A stretch of DNA of 57,204 nt from Bacteroidales bacterium (GTDB taxonomy: Bacteria; Bacteroidota; Bacteroidia; Bacteroidales; P3), in NCBI GenBank assembly GCA_900769785.1, contig CAAGHV010000125.1, positions 1 to 57,204 on the forward strand, written 5' to 3'. Each line of letters opens with the position of its first letter. Position 1 is the first letter of the stretch. This document shows, piece by piece, positions 36,103 to 45,700 of this stretch. The translations under genes were made by a program, and so were the position numbers. The notes below the pieces were generated by a model, which searched no databases, was not told the origin of the DNA, and saw only the letters and a list, made by a program, of their open reading frames with translations.

Positions 36103-38151
36103 TTACCAAAGTACCACTTGTTTTTCGGGAGCAAGGTACATGCTGTCGCCTTCCTTCACGTCGAAAGCTTGGATGAAAGCAGCTATGTGTGGTAATGTGG
36201 CGTTTACACGCAAACGTCCCAACGAGTGTGGGTCTATGGCAGTAAGACGAAGAATTTCTTGTTCGCGGATGTTGCCTGCCCATACACCTGCATAGGCAAT
36301 AAAGAAACGTTGAGCAGCGCTGAAGCCGTCCATCTCTTCGCCGTTTACTTGTCCTTTAGCTATAGCGTTTTGCATAGCTTGGTAGGATATTTGAAGGCCA
36401 CCGTTGTCGGCTATGTTTTCGCCCAAAGTAAATTTGCCGTTGGCGTAGGTTTCGGGGTTGTCGCTTACCTTTATGGCGTTGAACCAGTCAACTAGCACTT
36501 GTGCGTTGTTTGTAAAGTTTTCGGCATCACCGGCTGTCCACCAGTCTTTTAGATTGCCGTCCTTGTCGTATTGGCGGCCCTGGTCGTCAAAGCCGTGAGT
36601 CATTTCGTGGCCTATCACAACGCCTATAGCACCGTAGTTTACAGCATCGTCGGCATTCATGTCGAAGAATGGAGGTTGCAATATACCTGCGGGGAAGCAT
36701 ATTTCGTTGGTAGTTGGGTTGTAGTAAGCGTTAACTGTTTGTGGGGTCATCAACCATTCGGTTTTATCGGTAGGTTTGTCTATTTTGTTTATCATATAGG
36801 CAATGTCAAATTGGTTGGAGCGAAGGATGTTGGCAAAATAGCTATCGCCTTTTATTTCCAATCCGCTGTAGTCTCTCCACTTGTCGGGATAACCAACTTT
36901 TACTAGTATTGTTCCAAGTTTTTCAAGGGCTTTTTGTTTGGTAGTGTCGTTCATCCAAGCGGCAGCTTGTATGCGTTCGCCAAAGGCAGTTTTTAGGTTG
37001 TCAACCAATGTAATCATACGGTCTTTAGCTTCTTTGGGGAAGTATTTTTCAACGTACATTTGACCTACTGCTTCGCCCAAAGCGCCGTCAACAGTTCCGG
37101 TTACGCGTTTCCAACGTGGACGCATTTCTTCTTTTCCCGAAAGGGCAGTGCCGTAGAATTTGAATGATTCTTTTACAAAGTCGTCGCTCAAATAACCTGC
37201 AGCAGTGTTTATTACGTTCCAAGCAAAGTATGCTTTTACCTTTTCAACGTCGCCTTTAAGTATTTCGTTGGCTTCGGTTATGTATTCGGGTTGTCCCACG
37301 TTGAGGCTTTTCATTTCGGGTAGGCCTATGGCTTTGAAGTATTCGGCAAATTTCATATCTTTTGCCAAAGCGTCGGTTTCTTCAACAGTCATTTTGTGGA
37401 ATGTTTTGTATGGGTCGCGAAGGGCTTCCTTGTCGTACGATGCCTTTGCCAAGCGTGTTTCAATATACATTACCATTTGTGCCAATTCTTCGGCCGATTT
37501 GTTTGCCATCTTGTCGTATCCCGAAAGGGTAAACATATTGGCAATCATTTCGGTATATTTAGCACGAAGTTCCTTGTTGTGGTCGTCGTCTTTTAGGTAA
37601 TAATCGCGGTCGCCCATAGCAATACCGGTTTGCCATAGCCAAGCTATTGTCATTTTGCTATCGCTGTAATCGGCTTCGGCAAATAGGCCGAAGAATGGGT
37701 TGATACCGTTGATGTGTAGGTTGGTCATTTCCTTTTGAAGGTCGTCGGTAGTAGCCAATGCTGCTATGTTTTTAAGCATACCTTCTATTGGTTGAGCACC
37801 TTGGTTGTTCAGTGTGGTGCTGTCCATACCCATGTTGTAAAGAGTTGCTATTTTGTCGGGTATCGAGTTGGCTTCGTGCTTGTTGGCGGCTATCTCTTCG
37901 ATAAGCGACTTAAGTTGTTCGCGGTTGTCTTCGGCCAACTTGTCGAACGAGCCGTAGCGCGAGTATTCGTCTGTCAACGGATTTTTTTCCATCCATCCGC
38001 CACAGGCGTATTGATAAAAATTATCGGCAGGGTTTGCCGTAGTGTCCAAGTTGGACTTGTCGATTCCCGAAGTCAGTTCGGGGGTCTTAGGACCTTTGTT
38101 GCATGATGCAAATAAACCTAATGCCATAACTGCAATCAGTGTTTTTTTCAT
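36103..38151 (-). CDS. pepO: M13-family zinc metallopeptidase lipoprotein (PepO/neprilysin-like)
   Basis: Signal plus lipobox LFASC, HEMTHGFD, and ENIADNGG (the ExxxD motif). Confidence 0.9.
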   Translation of the reverse strand: MKKTLIAVMALGLFASCNKGPKTPELTSGIDKSNLDTTANPADNFYQYACGGWMEKNPLTDEYSRYGSFDKLAEDNREQLKSLIEEIAANKHEANSIPDKIATLYNMGMDSTTLNNQGAQPIEGMLKNIAALATTDDLQKEMTNLHINGINPFFGLFAEADYSDSKMTIAWLWQTGIAMGDRDYYLKDDDHNKELRAKYTEMIANMFTLSGYDKMANKSAEELAQMVMYIETRLAKASYDKEALRDPYKTFHKMTVEETDALAKDMKFAEYFKAIGLPEMKSLNVGQPEYITEANEILKGDVEKVKAYFAWNVINTAAGYLSDDFVKESFKFYGTALSGKEEMRPRWKRVTGTVDGALGEAVGQMYVEKYFPKEAKDRMITLVDNLKTAFGERIQAAAWMNDTTKQKALEKLGTILVKVGYPDKWRDYSGLEIKGDSYFANILRSNQFDIAYMINKIDKPTDKTEWLMTPQTVNAYYNPTTNEICFPAGILQPPFFDMNADDAVNYGAIGVVIGHEMTHGFDDQGRQYDKDGNLKDWWTAGDAENFTNNAQVLVDWFNAIKVSDNPETYANGKFTLGENIADNGGLQISYQAMQNAIAKGQVNGEEMDGFSAAQRFFIAYAGVWAGNIREQEILRLTAIDPHSLGRLRVNATLPHIAAFIQAFDVKEGDSMYLAPEKQVVLW

Positions 38152-38240
38152 TTTCTATAAAAATTTTAATTACTAATTATTGTTCTACTTTGTTGATATA
38201 TAAGCTTTTTAATTGGTGCTTGTATATCTTCTTTGTTTTG

Positions 38241-38248
38241 CAAATATA
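38241..38248 (-). promoter_or_regulatory. -7 box TATATTTG for pepO
   Basis: TAnnTTTG lies 90 nt upstream of the ATG at 38151. Confidence 0.4.
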
Positions 38249-38611
38249 CGATTATTTTTTTTGGCATCTTTCAGAATAAGAAAAATTACAATCTATCTGT
38301 AAAACTTGAACTGTTTATTGGTTGAAAAAGATACTTCATTAAGGTTTGGTTTATTCTTTTTATTTGTATAAAATGTTTGTAATCAAATCTTTTATAATGC
38401 AATGAAAGAATATTGACTCTCTACTCGCCCGATGATGATACATTGAGGTTGTATCTTAATGAATAAAGTTAGCGGCTTTGAAAGTTGCATAATTCAAATA
38501 TTGCATATTGGTTAATAATACTTAAAATACTGTCTTTCGCAGAATGAAATTCCGAGTAGTTTTTCTTCTGATGATAAATGATTGATTTTCAGGTATTGTA
38601 TTCTTCTCTTG

Positions 38612-38699
38612 TTGAGAGTGCGTTCTCAATTTCTTGAGAGTGCACTCTCAGCGTCTTGAGTATGCACTCTCAGCAACTTGAGAGTGCACTCTCAAGAAA
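38612..38699. repeat. 22-bp tandem repeat, 4 units, each centred on the palindrome GAGAGTGCACTCTC
   Basis: TTGAGAG anchors lie at 38612, 38634, 38656 and 38678. Perfect 14-bp palindromes lie at 38636-38649 and 38680-38693. Confidence 0.9.
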
Positions 38700-38848
38700 C
38701 GGACTCTCCAATGTAGTCCGAAAACCTCTTTGAAGGTCATTTTTTGTATGTGGAAAGTTCTAAAAAAATCTTAAATTGAATTGTTTGCTTACTATCGATT
38801 TTCCCACCTACTGATTAGGTTCAATCGATTTTTGTTTTTATAAAAAAA

Positions 38849-38885
38849 AGCCCGAAAGCGAAGCTGTGTGGTTCGCTTTCGGGCT
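38849..38885 (-). terminator. terminator of the ruvB..rlmB gene string
   Basis: AGCCCGAAAGCGAA-loop-TTCGCTTTCGGGCT with a T8 run on the minus strand. Confidence 0.85.
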
Positions 38886-38911
38886 GTATGCCAGATGTGG
38901 CAGGGCGGGGG

Positions 38912-39685
38912 TTAGAGTATGCCCCGTTGGCGTAGAACTTCGTACATAAACACTCCGGCTGCCACGCTTACGTTGAGCGATTCTACCTCTCCCAGCATTG
39001 GCAGTTTGGCTTTGGCATTGCACATCTTCAGGTATTCGTTGGATACTCCGCTGCCTTCGGCACCCATAATCAGCAGGGTGGGCAGGGTGAAATCGACCTG
39101 GGTGTAGGGCGTGCTGCTCTTTTCGGTGGCTGCACATACTTGCATTCCCGATTGCTTGGCATAGTTGATAACCGTTTTCAGATTGTCTTCGCGGCATACG
39201 GGTATCCTTAGCAATGCTCCGGACGACGATTTGATGGCGTCGTCGTTGATGGCGGCACTGCCATGGGCCGGCACTACTATGGCATCTACTCCGGCACACT
39301 CGGCCGTGCGGGCTATGGCTCCCAGGTTGCGAACGTCCGTAACCTTGTCAAGCATTATTATGAATGGTACCTTGCCTTGGGCCTCAACGCTGGGTATGAT
39401 TTCCATAATGGAGAAGTAGTTTATTGGCGATATTATGGCCACTGCTCCTTGGTGGTTGCCGTTGCGAGTGGTGCGGTTGAGCTTTTCGATGGGTACAAAT
39501 TGGAACGGTATGTTGTGCTCCCTTACCATTCGGCGCAGCTCTGTAACCAATGGGCCTGTTGCACTGTTTTGTAGTAATATCTTGTCTATCTCTTTGCCCG
39601 CTTTGATGGCTTCCATTACCGGATGTAGGCCGTAGATAATCATTTCGGGGTTGCTTTTGGGTTTGTTATTCAATGCTTTTTCCAT
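38912..39685 (-). CDS. rlmB: 23S rRNA (guanosine-2'-O)-methyltransferase RlmB-like
   Basis: SpoU motifs [11 protein letters not shown] and [11 protein letters not shown], plus an N-terminal SpoU_sub_bind-like IYGLHPV.EA. Confidence 0.8.
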   Translation of the reverse strand: MEKALNNKPKSNPEMIIYGLHPVMEAIKAGKEIDKILLQNSATGPLVTELRRMVREHNIPFQFVPIEKLNRTTRNGNHQGAVAIISPINYFSIMEIIPSVEAQGKVPFIIMLDKVTDVRNLGAIARTAECAGVDAIVVPAHGSAAINDDAIKSSSGALLRIPVCREDNLKTVINYAKQSGMQVCAATEKSSTPYTQVDFTLPTLLIMGAEGSGVSNEYLKMCNAKAKLPMLGEVESLNVSVAAGVFMYEVLRQRGIL

Positions 39686-40319
39686 CTCTCATTGTTATTT
39701 TGCGGTCGGCCATTTCGGCAAACTCTTCGTTATGCGTTACTATTATAAATGTTTGGTTGTATTGGCGGCGTAGCTCGAAGAAAAGGTTGTGCAGCTCGCG
39801 AGCGTTCACAGAGTCGAGGTTTCCCGAAGGCTCGTCGGCCAATACAACAGCCGGTGTGTTTATAAGAGCCCTTGCTACGGCCACCCTTTGCTGTTCGCCC
39901 CCCGATAGTTCAGACGGTTTGTGCCCTGCACGGTGGCTAATCTTCAGAAAGTCCATCAGCAGGCGGGCACGCTCTTCCATCTCCTTGCGTGGCGTTTGTT
40001 TTATCATGGCCGGCATAAGGATGTTTTCCAACGCCGTAAACTCGGGCAGCAGGTGGTGGAATTGGAATACAAAGCCTATGTTGGAGTTTCTAAACTCCGA
40101 CAGCTTTTTCTCCGAAAGGGCGTTGATATTGGTGTTGTTGATAATGATGCTACCTTTGTCGGGCTTTTCCAGTGTGCCTATAATCTGTAGCAGAGTAGTT
40201 TTGCCGGCACCCGACGCTCCCACTATCGATATTATCTCGCCTTTCTCAACGCTTAGGTCTATGCCTTTCAGCACCTCCACATTGCCGTACGATTTGTGTA
40301 TGTTCTCTATCTTTATCAT
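39666..40319 (-). CDS. lolD: ABC transporter ATP-binding protein (LolD-like)
   Basis: Walker [10 protein letters not shown], signature [10 protein letters not shown] and Walker B VVLADEP. Confidence 0.85.
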   Translation of the reverse strand: MIKIENIHKSYGNVEVLKGIDLSVEKGEIISIVGASGAGKTTLLQIIGTLEKPDKGSIIINNTNINALSEKKLSEFRNSNIGFVFQFHHLLPEFTALENILMPAMIKQTPRKEMEERARLLMDFLKISHRAGHKPSELSGGEQQRVAVARALINTPAVVLADEPSGNLDSVNARELHNLFFELRRQYNQTFIIVTHNEEFAEMADRKITMRDGKSIE

Positions 40320-40335
40320 TATATATATTCTGTTC

Positions 40336-42708
40336 TTAGTGATCGGTTACTCTTTTGTTGTATAGTGTAAATCCCACTGTTCCTACTACGGAGAATATCT
40401 GTTGCCTTTGGTCGCGGCCTTGTTGGCGGTAGTTCATCATCAGGCTTATGGGGCCTATGGGTGTGTGATATACTATTCCGGCCGAGGCTAGCAGGTACCG
40501 CTTGTCGAAGTATGGGCCAAGGTAAGCCTTGTTGTCGGCATCGCGGCATATCTCTCTTATGGGTTGGTATAAGTAGCATTCGGCACGCAGATGCAACTTT
40601 TTGTTGATATGGAATATGTTTTGCAAACCTACCGAAAGGAACTCAAACGAGCGGTATTCTTGAATAAAGTTTTGTGAAAGCTCCACTATGGGGGCAAAGT
40701 TGTAGGCGTGTAGCAAAGTGGCCAGATAGTTGGAAAACATAAGGTCGTTGATTCCTAAGGTATATAGCCCTTCGGCCGAAACACCCAACGAGTATATTGG
40801 TGCAAGTTTGAAGTATTGGTTGTATTGGGCATGAAATTGTAGCCATTGGTGTTGCTTTGTAATTTCGGGGTTTATACCGTTTTCGCTGAAACGTTCATTG
40901 CCCGATACATACGAGGCATTCAAAAGCAGGTGCATACCGCTGGTGGGGTATTGCCAATGGTTGAGAAGGTTGTGCTCGTAGGCCCACGATAGCGTTAGGG
41001 GACGGAACGAGGTGTAGTCTGATGTGTCATTGAAGTCTATCTGTGTAAAGTCTTGATAATAGCGACTGTGTTCAAAATTCTTCGACAATTTGATCGATGT
41101 TTTGGCATATTGGCCAACAGGCATACCTATGCTTGTGGCAAAATAGTGTTCGCGTTGTTTGAGGTAGATAGGTTGTTCTATATCGAACGAGAACATCGAT
41201 GATTCGTAATAGTTCCATCCGTTAAACACGTATTCGGCTTGTGCATAGAATGGTATCTTAGTAGGAAAATCAATACGGTAATACGGATTTACTGAGTTGT
41301 AGAAACGACCTACATATACATTGGTTGCTGTAAGCGAACTTATAAATCCTGTATGTCTATAGTTGAGATGTGCATATATTTGGCTTGGTGACCCAAACGA
41401 GATATTGCCTCCAATGGCAGCCGTAAGGGCATCTTTCATTTTTACCCTTAGGTTGACGTTGTAGTTGTCCTTCGTGGTATCGAACGTGATGGTTGGGTGA
41501 ACAGCCTGTATGTTTTGGTCCGAAAATAGTCGCAAGTACGATGAACGCATGTAGTTCATTGTATATAGGTGGTTGGCCTTCATTGCCAACAGTCGTTTCA
41601 GGTACTTCTGCTGATGCTTGTTTACACCGTTTATACTTACGGAGTCTATAATCATCAGTGGTTGGCGAGCCTTGAAACTTAGTCGTTTGTTTGCAACTTC
41701 GGTAGGTGATACTTTTACGGGTATCAGTTTTTTGATAGAGTCGAGGTTGTATTTCACCTCGTTGTAGCCTATCTGTATTACCTCGGCGGTGTTGCTGAAG
41801 TCTATAACATTAAGCGGTGGCACCTTTGGTTCTAGTATTATGCCTTTTGTGGAGCTGTCCAACGAGTAGTTCTGTTCGGTTACAACCATGCGCTGTATAA
41901 AGCTGATTACGTTCTCTTCCGTAGCATCGGGAAAGTTGGTCGATGTTTTGATACCTATTATTATATCGGGATCGAAATCGTCTTTCATCTTCTTGATGGG
42001 AAAGTTGTCGTACAATCCACCATCGAAGTATAGTACAGAGTCGTAGGTGATGGGGTTGAAGTATAGTGGAAATGTCATTGATGCACGTATAGCCAGCCCC
42101 AAGTCGCCTTTTGAGAAATAGAAAGGTTTACGCTTATTGATGTCGGCGGCCACACAGCGGAAAGGTATAAACAAACTGTCGAAATTGTTTCGGGCTATGG
42201 CTGTGGCACCGGCAAATATCTCCATAAAAGCAAAGTCTATAAGTACCGGCGATACCAAGCTTGATGGTACTCTTACTTTGAATCCGTTTTTGTCCAAGTT
42301 CATGTTTACTCCCAGCCATCGTGGGTTTGGAGTCTCTGACTTGAAAGCGTAGGAATACACATCGTCTATCCGTCCGTTTATCCAATCCGAAAATTCATCT
42401 GATAGAAAGATGTCTTCCATTTGTTCGGTGGAGTAGCCCGAGGCATATAGTCCTCCCACTATAGCTCCTGCCGATGTGCCGGCAATATAGTCGATGGGTA
42501 TTCCGGCTTCTTCCAGTGCCCTTATTGCTCCAATGTGGGCAACGCCTTTGGCACCTCCTCCACTAAGAACCAACCCTACAGTAGGCCTGTTGGGCCGAGA
42601 TTTTTTGGTGTTTTGACCTTGTACCGAAACAACGATACATAGCAGTAGCAACAACATAGTAGTGCTTATCAGTTTCTGTATTTTATGTGTGTTTCGATAC
42701 AATGTCAT
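40336..42708 (-). CDS. patatin-like phospholipase fused to a C-terminal beta-barrel-like region
   Basis: Signal peptide, SGGGAKG oxyanion motif and GTSAG (GxSxG) nucleophile. The C-terminal ~450 aa are rich in alternating aromatic residues. Confidence 0.8.
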   Translation of the reverse strand: MTLYRNTHKIQKLISTTMLLLLLCIVVSVQGQNTKKSRPNRPTVGLVLSGGGAKGVAHIGAIRALEEAGIPIDYIAGTSAGAIVGGLYASGYSTEQMEDIFLSDEFSDWINGRIDDVYSYAFKSETPNPRWLGVNMNLDKNGFKVRVPSSLVSPVLIDFAFMEIFAGATAIARNNFDSLFIPFRCVAADINKRKPFYFSKGDLGLAIRASMTFPLYFNPITYDSVLYFDGGLYDNFPIKKMKDDFDPDIIIGIKTSTNFPDATEENVISFIQRMVVTEQNYSLDSSTKGIILEPKVPPLNVIDFSNTAEVIQIGYNEVKYNLDSIKKLIPVKVSPTEVANKRLSFKARQPLMIIDSVSINGVNKHQQKYLKRLLAMKANHLYTMNYMRSSYLRLFSDQNIQAVHPTITFDTTKDNYNVNLRVKMKDALTAAIGGNISFGSPSQIYAHLNYRHTGFISSLTATNVYVGRFYNSVNPYYRIDFPTKIPFYAQAEYVFNGWNYYESSMFSFDIEQPIYLKQREHYFATSIGMPVGQYAKTSIKLSKNFEHSRYYQDFTQIDFNDTSDYTSFRPLTLSWAYEHNLLNHWQYPTSGMHLLLNASYVSGNERFSENGINPEITKQHQWLQFHAQYNQYFKLAPIYSLGVSAEGLYTLGINDLMFSNYLATLLHAYNFAPIVELSQNFIQEYRSFEFLSVGLQNIFHINKKLHLRAECYLYQPIREICRDADNKAYLGPYFDKRYLLASAGIVYHTPIGPISLMMNYRQQGRDQRQQIFSVVGTVGFTLYNKRVTDH

Positions 42709-42732
42709 GCTTTTGTGGATGTGTTTATATGT

Positions 42733-43971
42733 TTAACCAATTATTTTTCCATTTAAAACAACGGTTTCTACCTTATTGTTTCCGTAGGAGTATGGCATAT
42801 ATTCATACGATGGTATAGGCTTGGTGATATAGAAGTTGGCTTTTTTGCCTACAGCTATGCTTCCAAGTATGTCGCTTACGCCCATTGCATAGCCACTGTT
42901 GATGGTGGTGGCGTTGATAGCCTCTTCGGGAGTCATGCGGTAGTTGACACATGCAAACGATAGTATAAGCTGCATATTGCCTGATGGCGACGAGCCCGGG
43001 TTAAAGTCGCTGGACATGGCCACTGGCAATCCGGCGTTCATCATCTTGCGAACGGGCGACAGCTGCATATTTAGAAAGAATGCTGCTCCTGGCAATACTG
43101 TAGGCATACATTCCGAACCGAGGAATGCTTCAATCTCTTCGTCGCCTACATATTCCAAGTGGTCGCACGATAGGGCGTTGTATTGTACACCCACCTGTAC
43201 ACCGCCCGAACATGCCATTTCGTTGGCATGAATTTTGGGTCGCATACCGTATTTGGCACCGGCTTCCAGCATTCGGGCAGTCTCTTCGACAGTGAAGAAC
43301 CCTTTGTCGCAAAATACATCAATATAGTCGGCCAGACCTTCAGCGGCAGCTTGTGGTATCATTTCATTTATCACCACATCAACAAATTCACCTTGTCGGC
43401 CACGGTATTCCATTGGAACTCCATGTGCTCCCAATAGTGTTGATTTTATTGTAAGTGGCGACGCTTCTTTCAGACGGCGTATTACGCGTAACATTTTCAT
43501 CTCGGCTTCGGTTGTGAGGCCGTAGCCACTCTTTATTTCTACAGCACCTGTGCCATAGGTTATTATTTCTTGAAGGCGTAGTAGCGCATCGTCAAACAGT
43601 TCGTCTTCCGAGGCTTGTTGCAAACGTTTGGCCGAGTTGAGTATTCCACCTCCACGTTGTGCTATCTCTTCGTAGCTTAGGCCTTTTATTTTGTCTATGT
43701 ATTCTATTTCGCGGCTACCGGCATATATAAGGTGTGTGTGCGAGTCGCAAAACGATGGGAATACCATTCTGCCGCTTGCGTCAATTTCCTTGTCGAAGGT
43801 TTGTTCGGCCAGGTCTTTCATTTCGCCAAAAGCGGTTATCTTGTCTTTTTCCACTATCAGGTAGGCATTTTTTATGGTTGGCAATACTGCCATATCTTTG
43901 CCACACACTTTCAGGCGTGGAGTGGTTTCGGCTTGTATAAGTTCTTTTATGTTTTTTACTAATGTTCTCAT
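42733..43971 (-). CDS. hutI: imidazolonepropionase
   Basis: Amidohydrolase fold with FCDSHTHLIYAGSR and KIHANE. Confidence 0.8.
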   Translation of the reverse strand: MRTLVKNIKELIQAETTPRLKVCGKDMAVLPTIKNAYLIVEKDKITAFGEMKDLAEQTFDKEIDASGRMVFPSFCDSHTHLIYAGSREIEYIDKIKGLSYEEIAQRGGGILNSAKRLQQASEDELFDDALLRLQEIITYGTGAVEIKSGYGLTTEAEMKMLRVIRRLKEASPLTIKSTLLGAHGVPMEYRGRQGEFVDVVINEMIPQAAAEGLADYIDVFCDKGFFTVEETARMLEAGAKYGMRPKIHANEMACSGGVQVGVQYNALSCDHLEYVGDEEIEAFLGSECMPTVLPGAAFFLNMQLSPVRKMMNAGLPVAMSSDFNPGSSPSGNMQLILSFACVNYRMTPEEAINATTINSGYAMGVSDILGSIAVGKKANFYITKPIPSYEYMPYSYGNNKVETVVLNGKIIG

Positions 43972-44017
43972 ATCTGTTCTATTATCGTTAGGAAAAGTTT
44001 TACTTCATATTATTTTC

Positions 44018-45043
44018 TCAAAACAATTCGGCTTGGTTTCCGCTTGTGCGGAATTTGCCCAAATGCTGGTAAGCCAGTGCTGTTACCTCTCTTCCGCGTG
44101 GTGTACGCATCAGGTACCCCTCTTGGATAAGGAATGGCTCATACACTTCCTCTATGGTGCCGGTGTCTTCGCCCACAGCAGTGGCTATGGTGGATATTCC
44201 CACAGGGCCACCCTTAAACTTATCTATTATCACTTCAAGTATTCGGTTGTCCATCTCGTCTAGTCCGTTCTTGTCCACGTTGAGGGCTGCTAGGGCGTAT
44301 TGTGCAATGTCCAGTGTGATGGTTCCCGATCCTTTTACCTGTGCAAAGTCGCGAACGCGGCGTAGCAGTAGGTTGGCTATACGCGGTGTTCCACGGCTGC
44401 GACGGGCTATCTCTATGGCCGATTCGCTGGTGATGGGTACATCTAGCAGCCCGGCCGAGCGGGTAACAATACGGCTAAGTGTTTCAACATCGTAGTATTG
44501 CAACCTCGACGTTATCCCAAACCTCGAGCGAAGGGGTGCTGTAAGCAGTCCCGAACGGGTGGTGGCACCTATCAGCGTAAAGGGATTAAGACTTATCTGA
44601 ACGCTGCGGGCACTGGGACCCGACTCTATCATAATATCTATTCTATAGTCCTCCATTGCCGAGTAGAGGTATTCCTCCACCACGGGCGAAAGGCGGTGTA
44701 TCTCGTCTATAAACAGTACATCATTAGGCTCGAGGTTGGTAAGTATGCCTGCCAGTTCGCCGGGTTTGTCCAATACCGGACCCGATGTCATTTTTAGGTT
44801 TACACCCAGTTCGTTGGCAACGATGTGCGAAAGTGTGGTCTTGCCCAAGCCCGGAGGGCCGTGAAGCAACAGGTGATCCAAAGGCTCCTTACGTTCGCGG
44901 GCTGCTTGAACAAATATTTTCAGATTGTCCAATATCTGTGTCTGTCCCGCAAAACTATCGAAATACGAAGGCCGTAAGGCTCTTTCAACCTCGCGTTCGC
45001 TTTTCGATTGGCTTCTTCCCGTGGCATCTAAATTATCGTTCAT
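44018..45043 (-). CDS. ruvB: Holliday junction branch-migration helicase RuvB
   Basis: [20 protein letters not shown] and [16 protein letters not shown] moved the start to the ATG at 45043, because the -7 box lies inside the longer ORF. Confidence 0.9.
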   Translation of the reverse strand: MNDNLDATGRSQSKSEREVERALRPSYFDSFAGQTQILDNLKIFVQAARERKEPLDHLLLHGPPGLGKTTLSHIVANELGVNLKMTSGPVLDKPGELAGILTNLEPNDVLFIDEIHRLSPVVEEYLYSAMEDYRIDIMIESGPSARSVQISLNPFTLIGATTRSGLLTAPLRSRFGITSRLQYYDVETLSRIVTRSAGLLDVPITSESAIEIARRSRGTPRIANLLLRRVRDFAQVKGSGTITLDIAQYALAALNVDKNGLDEMDNRILEVIIDKFKGGPVGISTIATAVGEDTGTIEEVYEPFLIQEGYLMRTPRGREVTALAYQHLGKFRTSGNQAELF

Positions 45044-45082
45044 GGTAGTTATAAGCAAATTGTTATATCGTTTTTCAGTTTG

Positions 45083-45090
45083 CAAAGATA
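45083..45090 (-). promoter_or_regulatory. -7 box TATCTTTG for ruvB
   Basis: TAnnTTTG lies 40 nt upstream of the ATG at 45043. Confidence 0.5.
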
Positions 45091-45410
45091 CGACTTTTTT
45101 GTCATTCGTAGCCCTTTGTAGCTTTATTATTTCGCACAACTTTTTTATCACCGCATAATTTTCTATGAATAAGAGTATTCTATAAGAATTAATATATTGT
45201 GTGGGATGCTTAAATTTCCATGATTCTTTTGCAAAACTATTTCTACTATTGTGGATTTCTTTTTGCTTTGGGTAAATGAATATCATTCTTTAAAAAGTAC
45301 TATCGGTACTTCAATTATCCGTCTTTTGTTTATTGCATATCATAAATACGGTTATACACTGTTGTTGCAAAGTCTGTAACATATTCTGAATAACGGTCTG
45401 CTTTATCATT

Positions 45411-45585
45411 GAAAATTCACTATTTTCGATGTGGAAAATATCTTTGGAAAGAGGTGAAATTCCCTCCTAATATAGACAAAATTCCCTCGTGACGAAGATT
45501 TATTTTTCTCCCGATGTAGGAAAATTTTCTTCCTGAGAAAAATTTATCGTTATGGTGGGGAAAATTTTTCTTTGATTATCAATAG
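45411..45585. repeat. degenerate 21-23-bp phased array (about 8 units, GAAAAT anchors)
   Basis: GAAAAT/GAAATT anchors lie at 45411, 45434, 45456, 45478, 45520, 45537 and 45560. The units AAATTCCCTCGTGACGAAGATTT and TCTCCCGATGTAGG share words with the 7.8- and 35.8-kb arrays and with hairpin H. Confidence 0.65.
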
Positions 45586-45635
45586 GTATTGATGTTGTTT
45601 GAAACAAAATTACAGTGTATGTCGGAAAAAAGTAT

Positions 45636-45643
45636 TATCTTTG
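45636..45643 (+). promoter_or_regulatory. -7 box TATCTTTG for the TonB-dependent receptor gene
   Basis: TAnnTTTG lies 58 nt upstream of the ATG at 45701. Confidence 0.5.
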
Positions 45644-45700
45644 CATTTTCAAAAATAAATAATTTATTACAAACAAATTTTATACACAAAGAACAGAAAT

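Noticed and set aside
39673-40365. Long antisense ORFs inside genes. Examples are 230 aa opposite lolD, 5633..6262 opposite the integrase, 26681..27340 opposite the methyltransferase, 4250..4819 and 2245..2793 opposite the 834-aa gene, 19537..20124 opposite mutA and 21038..21628 opposite glmM.
   Set aside because: They are shadow ORFs of well-supported genes on the other strand, with low-complexity or odd composition and no motifs.
45044-45286. N-terminal extensions in the ORF track. These are ruvB 45044-45286, glyQS 25093-25191, pepE 7508-7579, trmH-like 34453-34503, dNK 25801-25851, HU 56215-56256 and atpC 51884-51892.
   Set aside because: The homology-like sequence begins at an internal ATG in each case. 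The extension overlaps the predicted -7 box or a terminator, or begins at a non-ATG codon.
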